NCBI GenBank assembly: GCA_964016885.1
Contig: OZ024756.1
Span: forward strand, 5,952,001 to 6,016,000
Reading direction: 5' to 3'
DNA length: 64,000 nucleotides
From: Eledone cirrhosa
Lineage: Eukaryota
The translations under genes and the position numbers were made by a program. The notes below the pieces were generated by a model that saw only the letters and a program-made list of their open reading frames with translations, did no database searches and had not been told where the DNA came from. Numbering within the stretch: position 1 is the stretch's first letter; every line of letters begins with the position of its first letter. Below are positions 43,740 to 56,589 of this stretch, one piece after another.

Positions 43740-46700
43740 TCTCTCAATATCATAGAATCTTGGTGGCTGCATCTCACTAAATATCATAGTATCCTGGTGG
43801 CTGAATCTCACTCAATATCATAGAATCTTTGTGGCTGAAGCTCACTTAATGTCATAGAATCTTTGTGGCTGAATCTCACTTAATGTCATAGTATATTGGT
43901 GGCTGAATCTCACTTAATATCATAGAATCTTTGTGGCTGAAGCTCACTTAATGTCATAGAATCTTGGTGGCTGAATCTCACTTAATGTCATAGTATCTTG
44001 GTGGCTGAATCTCACTTAATATCATAGTATCTTTGTGGCTGAATCTCACTTAATGTCATAGTATATTGGTGGCTGAATCTCACTTAATGTCATAGTATCT
44101 TGGTGGCTGAATCTCACTTAATGTCATAGTATCTTGGTGGTTGAATCTCACTTAATATCATAGTATTTTTGTGGCTGAATCTCACTTAATATCATAGAAT
44201 CTTGGTGGCTAAATCTCACTTAATGTCATAGTATCTTGGTGGCTGAATCTCACTTAATGTCATAGTATCTTGGTGGCTGAATCTCACTTATGTCATAGTA
44301 TCTTGGTGGCTGAATCTCACTTAATATCATAGTATCTTGGTGGCTGAATCTCACTTAATATCATAGTATCTTGGGGGCTGAATCTCACTTAATGTCATAG
44401 AATCTTGGTGGCTGAATCTCACTTAATGTCATAGAATCTTGGTGGCTGAATCTCACTTAATATCATAGTATCTTGGTGGCTGAATCTCACTTAATGTCAT
44501 AGAATCTTGGTGGCTGAATCTCACTTAATGTCATAGTATCTTGGTGGCTGAAGCTCACTTAATGTCATAGAATCTTGGTGGCTGAATCTCACTTAATGTC
44601 ATAGAATCTTGGTGGCTGAATCTCACTTCATATCATAGTATCTTGGTGGCTGAATCTCACTTAATGTCATAGTATCTTGGTGGCTGAATCTCACTTAATA
44701 TCATAGTATCTTGGTGGCTGAATCTCACTTAATGTCATAGTATTTTACTGGCTGAATCTCACTTAATATCATAGTAATTTTGTGGCTGAATCTCACTTAA
44801 TATCATAGAATCTTGGTGGCTAAATCTCACTTAATGTCATAGTATCTTGGTGGCTGAATCTCACTTAATGTCATAGTATCTTGGTGGCTGAATCTCGCTT
44901 AATGTCATAGTATCTTGGTGGCTGAATCTCACTTAATATCATAGTATCTTGGTTGCTGAATCTCACTTAATATAGAATCTTGGTGGCTGAATCTCACTTA
45001 ATGTCATAGTATCTTGGTGGCTGAATCTCACTTAATATCATAGTATCTTTGTGGCTGAATCTCACTTAATGTCATAGTATAGTGGTGGCTGAATCTCACT
45101 TAATATCATAGTATCTTGGTGGCTGAATCTCACTTAATGTCATAGAATCGTGGTGGCTGAATCTCACTTAATGTCATAGTATATTGGTGGCTGAATCTCA
45201 CTTAATGTCATAGAATCTTGGTGGCTGAATCTCACTTAATATCATAGTATCTTGGGGGCTGAATCTCACTTAATGTCATAGAATCTTGGTGGCTGAATCT
45301 CACTTAATGTCATAGAATCTTGGTGGCTGAATCTCACTTAATATCATAGTATCTTGGTGGCTGAATCACACTTAATGTCATAGAATCTTGGTGGCTGAAT
45401 CTCACTTAATGTCGTAGTATCTTGGTGGCTGAAGCTCACTTAATGTCATGGAATCTTGGTGGCTGAATCTCACTTAATGTCATAGAATCTTGGTGGCTGA
45501 ATCTCACTTCATATCATAGTATCTTGGTGGCTGAATCTCACTTAATGTCATATAATCTTGGTAGCTGAATCTCACTTAATGTCATAGAATCTTTTTGGCT
45601 GAATCTCACTTAATGTCATAGTATCTTTGTGGCTGAAGCTCCCTTAATGTCATAGTATCTTGGTGGCTGAATCTCACTTAATATCATAGAATCTTGGTGG
45701 CTGAATCTCACTTAATATCATAGAATCTTGGTGGCTGAATCTCACTTAATGTCATAGTATCTTGGTGGCTGAATCTCACTTAATGTCATAGTATCTTTGT
45801 GGCTGAATCTCACTTAATGTCATACTATCTTGGTGGCTGAATCTCACTTAATGTCATAGTATCTTGGTGGCTGAATATCACTTAATGTCATAGAATCTTG
45901 GTGGCTGAATCTCACTTAATGTCATAGAATCTTGGTGGCTGAATCTCACTTAATGTCATAGTATCTTGGTGGCTGAATCTCACTTAATGTCATAGTACCT
46001 TGGTGGCTGAATCTCACTTAATGTCATAGTATCTTGGTGGCTGAATCTCACTTAATGTCATAGTATCTAGGTGGCTGAATCTCACTTAATGTCATAGTAT
46101 CTTGGTGGCTGAATCTCACTTAATGTCATAGAATCTTGGTGGCTGAATCTCACTTAATGTCATAGTATCTTGGTGGCTGAATCTCACTTAATGTCATAGT
46201 ATCTTGCTTGCTGAATCTCACTTAATGTCATAGTATCTTGGTGGCTGAATCTCACTTAATGTCATAGAATCTTGGTGGCTGAATCTCACTTAATGTCATA
46301 GAATCTTGGTGGCTGAATCTCACTTAATGTCATAGTACCTTGGTGGCTGAATCTCACTTAATGTCATAGTACCTTGGTGGCTGAATCTCACTTAATGTCA
46401 TAGTATATTGGTGGCTGAATCTCACTTAATATCATAGTATATTGGTGGCTGAATCTCACTTAATATCATAGTATATTGGTGGCTGAATCTCACTTAATGT
46501 CATAGTATCTTGGTGGCTGCATCTCACTTAATGTCATAGTATCTTGGTGGCTGAATCTCACTTAATATCATAGTACCTTGGTGGCTGAATCTCACTTAAT
46601 GTCATAGTATCTTCGTGGCTGAATCTCACTCAATATCATAGTATCCTGGTGGCTGAATCTCACTTCATATCATAGTATCCTGGTGGCTGAATCTCACTTC

Positions 46701-48781
46701 ATATCATAGTATTTTACTGGCTGAATCTCATTTAATGTCATAGTATCTTGGGGGCTGAATCTCACTTAATGTCATAGTATCCTGGTGGCTGAATCTCACT
46801 TCAAACCATAGTATTTTACTGGCTGAATCTCATTTAATGTCATAGTATCTTGGGGGCTGAATCTAACTTAATGTCATAGTATCCTGGTGGCTGAATCTCA
46901 CTTCATATCATAGTATTTTACTGGCTGAATCTCATTTAATGTCATAGTATCTTGGGGGCTGAATCTCACTTAATGTCATAGTATCCTGGTGGCTGAATCT
47001 CATTTAATGTCGTAGTATCTTGGGGGCTGAATCTAACTTAATGTCATAGTATCCTGGTGGCTGAATCTCACTTCATATCATAGTATTTTACTGGCTGAAT
47101 CTCATTTAATGTCATAGTATCTTGGTGGCTGAATCTCACTTAATAGCATAGTATTTTACTGGCTGAATCTCATTTAATGTCATAGTATCTTGGTGGCTAA
47201 ATCTCACTTCATATCATAGTAACTTGGTGGCCAAATCTCACTTAATACCATAGTATCCTCCTGGCTGAATCTCACTTAATGTCATAGTATCTTCGTGGCT
47301 GAATCTCACTTAATATCATAGTATCCTGGTGGCTGAATCTCACTTCATATCATAGTATCCTGGTGGCTGAATCTCACTTCATATCATAGTATTTTACTGG
47401 CTGAATCTCATTTAATGTCATAGTATCTTGGGGGCTGAATCTCACTTCATATCATAGTATTTTACTGGCTGAATCTCATTTAATGTCATAGTATCTTGGG
47501 GGCTGAATCTCACTTAATGTCATAGTATCCTGGTGGCTGAATCTCACTTCATACCATAGTATTTTACTGGCTGAATCTCATTTAATGTCATAGTATCTTG
47601 GGGGCTGAATCTAACTTAATGTCATAGTATCCTGGTGGCTGAATCTCACTTCATATCATAGTATTTTACTGGCTGAATCTCATTTAATGTCATAGTATCT
47701 TGGGGGCTGAATCTCACTTAATGTCATAGTATCCTGGTGGCTGAATCTCATTTTATGTCATAGTATCTTGGGGGCTGAATCTAACTTAATGTCATAGTAT
47801 CCTGGTGGCTGAATCTCACTTCATATCATAGTATTTTACTGGCTGAATCTCATTTAATGTCATAGTATATTGGTGGCTGAATCTCACTTAATAGCATAGT
47901 ATTTTACTGGCTGAATCTCATTTAATGTCATAGTATCTTGGTGGCTAAATCTCACTTCATATCATAGTAACTTGGTGGCCAAATCTCACTTAATACCATA
48001 GTATCCTCCTGGCTGAATCTCACTTAATGTCATAGTATCTTCGTGGCTGAATCTAACTTAATATCATAGTATCCTGGTGGCTGAATCTCACTTCATATCA
48101 TAGTATCCTGGTGGCTGAATCTCACTTCATATCATAGTATTTTACTGGCTGAATCTCATTTAATGTCATAGTATCTTGGGGGCTGAATCTCACTTAATGT
48201 CATAGTATCCTGGTGGCTGAATCTCACTTCATACCATAGTATTTTACTGGCTGAATCTCATTTAATGTCATAGTATCTTGGGGGCTGAATCTAACTTAAT
48301 GTCATAGTATCCTGGTGGCTGAATCTCACTTCATATCATAGTATTTTACTGGCTGAATCTCATTTAATGTCATAGTATCTTGGGGGCTGAATCTCACTTA
48401 ATGTCATAGTATCCTGGTGGCTGAATCACATTTAATGTCATAGTATCTTGGGGGCTGAATCTAACTTAATGTCATAGTATCCTGGTGGCTGAATCTCTCT
48501 TCATATCATAGTATTTTACTGGCTGAATCTCATTTAATGTCATAGTATCTTGGTGGCTGAATCTCACTTAATAGCATAGTATTTTACTGGCTGAATCTCA
48601 TTTAATGTCATAGTATCTTGGTGGCTAAATCTCACTTCATATCATAGTAACTTGGTGGCCAAATCTCACTTAATACCATAGTATCCTCCTGGCTGAATCT
48701 CACTTAATGTCATAGTATCCTGCTGGCTAAATCTCACTTAATATCATAGTATCCTGCTGGCTGAATGTCACTTACTTAATA
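43740..48781. repeat. 34-bp minisatellite, ~148 copies, with higher-order blocks
   Basis: Unit GGTGGCTGAATCTCACTTAATGTCATAGTATCTT. Confidence 0.97.
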
Positions 48782-50209
48782 TCGTGTAAACCGAAGGCCG
48801 GATTAGATCTGCAATTTCAATCAGCCGCATGTCCCGGAGTCAAAGACGCTACTTTTTTCCTCAAATAAGTCTCAACAATCTACCATGCATCCTGGAGGCT
48901 GAAGCTTGTTTATTAATTTTTGGTGGTCAAAATCAGGGTGCGTTCTCGAAGACGAAGCGTTTTCGGCGCCGGAAAATGCGGTAAGTTCATGTTATTACCT
49001 CTCAGTTTTCATCAGTTAAAATATCCCCCACCATCACCCAGCTGACATTTAATAAGTATCTTTTTCCTCTGTGGCCTTAGTCCATGCTTTTTCCATTCTT
49101 TTCCTCTCAATTATAGCATTTATAGCCCTTTTCTCCACTTTTCAATACAACCAGATCTTCCATCTTTACCCTCCCCCCTCTATTTCTCATCACTTAATTG
49201 TTGTCAAAATTAGGTTGCTTCCTCGAGAACGAAGCGTCTTCGGCGCCGGGAAATACAGTAATTCTGTAATTGGTATCATCTAATATGCAGCAAATAAGTG
49301 AGATATATCACATCAAGTAAGCAGAATCCAGCAGCAAGAAGAAAGTTGTATTACAAATATAAGTGCCATTCAATCGGTTTAGAAATGAAATACATGTATC
49401 AAATAGTTACACGTGTTTTAAGTGGGGTCCAAGATATCGACCTCCTTGCGGTGGTCCCTGGAATCTGACCAATGGTGGTCCCTTGAAACTGACCAGTAGT
49501 GGTCCGTGTAAACTAACCACTGATCTCTGCTCCTCTCAGTCAGCCGAACGACAAAAACCTAAATCAGCAACAGTGTCTTATGTCATTGTAGCGATGTCGG
49601 CTATGCATGACAAAGCTAAACATCCGTGTCTATTACAACAAATCCGTGGGTAACAGATACCTCTCTCACACTGGTGTTGTTTTCTCAAAGAACTGGTGGC
49701 ACATATGTATTACATATATTATACACTCATATATATATAATGTATATACTATATATATATATATATTTATATATAATATACATATGTATACTGGTCACCG
49801 ATGTAGTCACAACGAGAAATCAACAAGATATCAAAAAATAAAACGACACGTCTTAAACTATCTGATAAGAATATGCCAAAAGGTTATTGTATAACCACTC
49901 TGACATCTGGAAAGTACGTATAATAGAATAATGTACTAAAAAGATGTACCAATAAAACTGTCTTTCTTATTCATAATATATATACACGCACACACACAGA
50001 CACATATATATATATATACAATGTAGATAACACTCATTTTTGTTTAATTCATGTAATTGCTAGTTGCAAGGTGTGTAACCAATAAGTTTGAACTGTACAA
50101 TTCTATACGTATTGCTTAAACATGTCACAACTATAGATAGCATCATTTTCTCCATAAACTTTATAAAGCTTTTCGCCTAAATAGCTTCGCCTATAACTAA
50201 TATATCTTA

Positions 50210-50635
50210 TAATTGTTTCTACTTTTGGCACAAGGCCAGCAATTACCCAGTGTATTACTGGTACTTTATTTTATCGACCCCGTAAGGATGAATATGCTTA
50301 TAATATCTAACACCTCTATGTATGCTATCACTACACAATTGTCTTACTTTTATTGCATGTTCACTGATATCATTTATATTCATGGTATAATATTCTTGCT
50401 ATAATGTTTTAAAAGTAATATTCCATGCATATATCATATAGGTTTAAAACAGATTTTCTTTATAATACTTTATTACTATATTTTCATTATAATTATTTCA
50501 TTATAATTGTTTCTACTTTCGACACAAGGCCAGCAATTATCCAGTATATTACTGGTACTTTATTTTATCGACCACGTAAGGATGAATGGCAAAGTGAACC
50601 TTGGCGGGATTTGAACTCATATCGTAAAAGGACGT
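50210..50635 (-). mobile_element. Two 5'-truncated family A SINE copies (50210-50292, 50505-50635)
   Basis: AATTGTTTCTACTTT..CACAAGGCCAGCAATT..CTGGTACTTTATTTTATCGACC. Confidence 0.75.
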
Positions 50636-50828
50636 ATTTCATTATAATATTCTTTTGCTCTAACTCTTTAATATATTGCAACATACACAAACAATGATAA
50701 TTGTACTCCTCTACTTATAGTACATTTAAAGCAACTTAAAATGGTGATATGTGAACACATATATGTGACATATTTTGTGACACATATATGTTCTAAGGAT
50801 TAGGAATTTATTGTTTTAACATTATATA

Positions 50829-50875
50829 TGCTCCGATGAAATCAAACCTATGTCTGGAAGAAACGATCGTTAGCA
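50829..50875 (+). ncRNA. Degenerate type-I HHR
   Basis: UGCU-CCGAUGA-(20 nt)-GAAA-CGAUCG-UU-AGCA. It has a U4C change and a weak stem II. Confidence 0.45.
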
Positions 50876-51082
50876 ATTAAATGCATTAAACAGCAATTTG
50901 ATTGTTATCTATATTGTATTTATGCTCTGTAGTATATCTGATATTTTACATTGAGGTAATTTTCTTTCTTGTAATAATGTAATACAAAATATTACACTTA
51001 TCTTTTTTGTAATTATATATATATTATATATATAAGTATAACTATTATCATTATATACATTATATATATATAAACAAAAATG

Positions 51083-51381
51083 ATGAAATCGAAAATACAA
51101 CTGGAGTCTTATTTTTTTTAAAATGTATATATTTATTTGGTTCCTTTACCGGTTTCGAAGTTCTTCTGCTTTTCAAAAGTAGAGTTGAGATTGAGGGTCT
51201 GTGGTTTTTCTCACATCAGATGTGAGAAAAACCACAGATGTGAGAAAAACCACAGACCCTCAATCTCAACTCTACTTTTGAAAAGCAGAAGAACTGCGAA
51301 GCCGGTAAAGGAACCAAATAAATATATATATTTTTATATATTTTTTTAAAAATAAGACTCCAGTTGCACTTTCGATTTCAT
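51083..51381. mobile_element. ~300-bp palindrome, U3-A8 HHR family (sister of 54283-54589)
   Basis: Arms are reverse complements and there is a short duplication at the centre. The HHR at 51275-51310 carries an A15.1G lesion. Confidence 0.8.
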
Positions 51382-52081
51382 ATTTTTTTCTTTGTACTTT
51401 CACTCGTGTAGGACACCTCGGTTATTTTTCATTTTGTAAAAAAAAACCTAAGACACTTTATTTCACGTTGCTCCAGTTTACTCAGCTGAAAATGAGTACC
51501 GGCAATAGCTGGAGGTTTAACCCTGCGATGGACTGGCGTCCTGTCCAGGGGGGAGTCTTGTACTCTCAGTCGCTTTACGCCATGAAACAGGGATAAGCAC
51601 CGGCCAAATGACCCTTCTGGCTTCAGACAGATTTTAGACTTACGGCCTGCCCGCCCAGCCAGTGGGATGGCGTCATCATATGGCTAAAAGAGCACTTTAT
51701 TTTATCGAAGGCAAAGTTAACCTCGGTGGGATTTGAACTCAGATCATAAGGGGCCGTATCTCTATTCTGTAAAGTGTGGCGTCCGACCCTCTACCGATAC
51801 TGCCAATCTTTTTCCTCACCTGTAACTATATGTTTCCTCATTTGTTTCTTTCTCTGTCTTTTCTTCTTTCTTCAATAATTTAAATTATTTGAATCTCTAA
51901 CAGTTATGTAATTTGCTATTATGTATCTTGTTAAGCTTTCTCACACGCACCCCCTGTATTATATGTAATGTTTTCATGTCTCAATCTTAAGGTATATAAA
52001 TATTGAGTTTTGTCATATCTTATTAACTTCCATGACTGAATCTTAACCATCTACTAAGTCAGGGTATGTCATGCATCATCT

Positions 52082-52148
52082 TATTTTATCTGATGAGGAC
52101 ATACTGTTGAAGATAGCTCAGTACCTCTGAAATATGTATAATAAAATA
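52082..52148 (+). ncRNA. Type-I HHR, solo copy of the 38832-39143 family
   Basis: UAUUUUAU-CUGAUGA-GGACAUACUG..CAGUACCUCU-GAAA-UAUGUA-UA-AUAAAAUA. The flanks (52040-52190) are homologous to 39000-39140. Confidence 0.65.
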
Positions 52149-52196
52149 TACTTGATCACACGAATGTCTATATTTGTTAATATTTTGAATTAATAT

Positions 52197-52631
52197 AAAG
52201 CATTGCTAAAAAGTTTTGTAGTGCTAAAAAAGTGATTAAGGAGTTTGGCAATGGTGTGAAATGATTATAAATAAATATATATATAATTGTTTCTACTTTT
52301 GGCACAAGGCCAGCAATTATTACAGTGTATTACTGGTACTTTATTTTATCGACCCGTTAAGGATGAAAGGCAAAGTTAACCTCGGCGGGTCTTGAACTCA
52401 GTCCGTAAAGGGACGTAACTGTGCTGCAAAGCATGGCGTCCCACCCTCTACTGATACTGCCAATCCACCGCCCTTTATAAATATATATATAATGAATATA
52501 TATATATATATGAATATATATATATATATATTCATATTTAATTATATATATATTTATTTATAATCATTTCACACCATTACCAAACACCTTAATCACTTTT
52601 TTAGCACTACAAACCTATTTAACAATGCTTT
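52197..52631. repeat. ~90-bp inverted repeat enclosing a family A SINE (52285-52472, minus)
   Basis: AAAGCATTG..GGTGTGAAATGATTATAAATAAATATA versus its reverse complement at 52540-52631. Confidence 0.75.
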
Positions 52632-52634
52632 CTT

Positions 52635-52822
52635 TTTTAGGCACAAGGCCAGCAATTTTGGGGGAGAGGAAAGTCGATTAAATCGACCCCAGTACGTGAC
52701 TGGTACTTTATATTATCGAAGCCAAAGTTAACCTTTGCGGGATTTGAACTGAGATCATAAGGGGCCGTATATCTATTCTGTAAAGTGTGGCGTCCGACCC
52801 TCTACCGATACTGCCAATCCAC
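52635..52822 (-). mobile_element. Family A SINE variant (related partial copy at 51695-51808)
   Basis: Match to the family consensus. Confidence 0.75.
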
Positions 52823-53322
52823 CTACATACTAAACACACCACAGAAAACCTACCCACCAAAACCGTATACTTATTGTTAACCTAGGTTAATTTAGTTTTA
52901 TTTATTGTTTTTTTATTCCTCTCTGACAAACCCACATACCCCACAGTAGAGCACCGCACCCTTTCATTTCCCATCCCTTATAGCCCGTAGCCACCTCCAT
53001 AATCACACCCAACACCCTCGCTTCACCACATATACGCCATATTGTCAATGAAACAGCCAAAGCACAACACCCCCAAAACTGACACCAACCATCGCTCCCC
53101 ACCACACCACCTCTTTAATCTAAATCTGGTGCTAGTCCCTCCATCACATTCCATATCACTGCATATCTTTCCCGCCTTTGTTCCAAGGAGTAGAATTAAA
53201 CACATTCCCTCTAGCAACACCACCAATCAGAGCGAACTTTAACTAACCACCATAAATGAATGTGAATCATTATATACCTTTTCTACGCGTTAAAAGGTTC
53301 ATTCTCTCATTACCACAGCAGA

Positions 53323-53407
53323 GGTCCGACGAGCATTTGATTCCACAGTCGGGCTAGATCGATACACATCGAACAATCAGCTGATCGATAGAGAAACGCG
53401 CGTCACT
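53323..53407 (+). ncRNA. Degenerate HHR ending a PLE-like 3' region before (TA)n
   Basis: GGU-CCGACGA-(60 nt)-GAAA-CGCGCG-UC-ACU, with palindromic stem III ACGCGCGU. Confidence 0.45.
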
Positions 53408-53470
53408 ACTCCATAAATGCAATGAAGACATAACAAATCGTCCTTTTTGTTATATATATGTATATATATA

Positions 53471-53607
<137 letters not shown>

Positions 53608-53625
53608 TATATATATAATATATAT

Positions 53626-53661
<36 letters not shown>

Positions 53662-53673
53662 AATATATATATA

Positions 53674-54145
53674 TTTATTAAAATAACAGATTAAAGTTTA
53701 AGCAAAGAATCGCTGCTTTCACCCTTAACGGGATCTTCTGAAACTAACAAAGTCAATCTGTAAACGCAGAACTGGATATTTCAAAAAACGTTGCAGCCGG
53801 AGGAAGACAGGAAGACGATACTTTGGTTTGTGGTAACGTTCGCTGGCAAAGAACGGGAAAAAACGAATAATACGTCATTAATAGGAGCGGTGAAAAACAA
53901 TTACGCGCAAAGACAAAACCACGTTTATGGTATAAAAGAGGTCGTAGACTAATGTCCTCTTAGATGGTGCATATAGACGTTCTCTGGCAATGAACGAAAA
54001 AACGAAGATAATAAGTCATATGTGTAGCGTGGAGAACAAAAGCACGCAAAGACAAAACCACGTAAATGGTATAGCAGAAGTCGTAGACTAAAATTCTAAC
54101 TAGGAGACCAAATGAATCGAGCCCTCTTTGGATTTTAGTCTTCAA
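53674..54145. mobile_element. Second copy of the 28452-28890 repeat, with (TA)n on both sides
   Basis: Near identity to 28452-28890. Confidence 0.75.
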
Positions 54146-54157
54146 TTTTATTATTAT

Positions 54158-54241
<84 letters not shown>

Positions 54242-54282
54242 GTGAGGTTTTTTTTACAAAATGAAAAATAACCGAGTGGAAG

Positions 54283-54589
54283 TATAAAGAAAAAGGGATG
54301 AAATCGAAAATGCAACTGAAGTCTTATTTTTTAAAAAAATATATATATTTATTTGGTTCCTTTACCGGTTTCGCAGTTCTTCTGCTTTTCAAAAGGTGAG
54401 TTGAGATGGAGGGTCTGTGGTTTTTCTCACAGCTGTGAGATGTGAGAAAAACCACAGACCCTCCATCTCAACTCACCTTTTGAAAAGCAGAAGAACTGCG
54501 AAACCGGTAAAGGAACCAAATAAATATATATATTTTTAAAAAAAATAAGACTTCAGTTGCATTTTCGATTTCATCCCTTTTTCTTTATA
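54283..54589. mobile_element. ~307-bp palindrome with intact U3-A8 variant HHR 54476-54513 (+)
   Basis: CCUU-UUGAAAA-GCAG-AAGAA-CUGC-GAAA-CCGG-UA-AAGG. Confidence 0.85.
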
Positions 54590-55063
54590 TATATATATAT
54601 ATATATATAAATATATGTTGATTTATTATTTTAAATCGATATGGACAAACTGTAATATTATAATTAGTATACTTCATTCTGGCTAAATTTTCTTTTGCAA
54701 TATAAATACAGATATGTTGGTATTTGTGTTTCATCATATATATTAATTTATATTTAAATGTTTTACACGGCTCAGAAATATTTCTTTCTTTGAGCTAATT
54801 TCATTGTAAAAGAATTCATTACACTTAATAAATATATATATATATTCATTAAGATAACATATTAAAATTTAAGCAAAGAATCGCTGCTTTTACCCTTATT
54901 GGGATCTTCTGAAACTAACAAAGTCAATCTGTGAACGCAGAAGTGAATATTTTAAAAAACGTTGCAACCGGAGGAAGACGATACTTTGGTTACAGTAGTA
55001 GAACACTAGAATGTAATAACCGTAGTGGTAGAGCATTCAGTCCATGGGACGAGTTAGGTACAT

Positions 55064-55244
55064 GTGGTTACAGAACAGTTAGTTCACCATACCGAGAACA
55101 ATTGTTTCACCTTAGCGGATCAGCTCGTAATGGACATGGTTATACGGAACAGCTGTTCCGTATAACCATTTCCATTACGAGCTGAGGATCCGCTAAGGTG
55201 AAATAATTATTCTCGGTATGGTGAACTAACTGTTGTGTAACCAC
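55064..55244. mobile_element. ~180-bp palindrome (centre CAG|CTG) with HHR 55178-55215 (+)
   Basis: CGAG-CUGAGGA-UCC-GCUAA-GGU-GAAA-UAAUUA-UU-CUCG. The right end joins (TA)n. Confidence 0.8.
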
Positions 55245-55324
<80 letters not shown>

Positions 55325-55333
<9 letters not shown>

Positions 55334-55774
55334 TAATTGGAATAGAAAATGCTGACAAATTGTTCACAGTTGAAAAATGGTTTAATTAGGAATAAAAGAG
55401 TATTAGTGATCGTATGGGTTAGTATTCAGTTGTGGTTTTAAGTTTTTAAGTTTTTACCGGTTGCGCATTTCTAAATGCTTTTCAAAAATAATTTTGAGAT
55501 AGAGTGTCCGTGCTGTTTGCTCTGATCTGTTTGCTCAGATCAGAGCAAACAGCACGGACACTCTATCTCAAAATTATTTTTGAAAAGCATTTAGAAATGC
55601 GCAACCGGTAAAAACTTAAAAACTTAAAACCACAACTGAGTACTAACCCATACAATCACTAAAACTCTTTTATTCCTAATTAAACCATTTTTCAACTGTG
55701 AACAATTTGTCAGCATTTTCTATTCCGTTTACCAATATATAATAACTTGTGTGTTACACCTCTATTCTTTTAAC

Positions 55775-55775
<1 letters not shown>
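55325..55775. mobile_element. ~415-bp palindrome plus 35-nt extension; HHR-like variant 55577-55613
   Basis: UUU-UUGAAAA-GCAUU-UAGA-AAUGC-GCAA-CCGG-UA-AAA. (TA)n on both sides. Confidence 0.8.
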
Positions 55776-55851
<76 letters not shown>

Positions 55852-56028
55852 TAGATTAAAGCTTAGGCAAAGAACCGCTGATTAATGAAGATCCCGTTAT
55901 GTGTGAAAGCAGCGATTCTTTGCTTAAACTTTAATCTGTTATTTGCTCTATGGTTCTTATATATTTGATATATATTTATCCTTATCGAGCCCTCTTTGGA
56001 TTTTAGTCTTCTAATCTATTATTACTAA

Positions 56029-56127
<99 letters not shown>

Positions 56128-56589
56128 ATATATATTATATATAATGTATGTATAATATATATTTTATATGTATATATATACACACACATACGTATGTATA
56201 TATATTATATATATATATATATATACGCACATACATATTACATTTAATCTCTTTTACTCTTTCACCTGTTCCAGACATCCGGTTGAGACGCAGCTGGGGC
56301 ACCGCTCTTGTTGCTACACGTTCTATATCCAGCCTGCATCAGCTGGCTATTGATGGAGGAGATAGTTCTTTGCCGCTTCCCTTAGTTTACCTTTTTTCCG
56401 TGCTGCTAGTGGATCTGGAATCCTGGATTTCAGAGTGTCAAATTGTTTCTTGACAACATCCACGTTCACACCAAGCAGATATTTTCTTCAATTTTCTTCT
56501 CAGCTTATTACAGAAATGAGGACCTTTTGCAATATTATTCTAATATATGCTCCTTACTCCAGATCTAAAAAAAACGGGAACTTTTGCAC

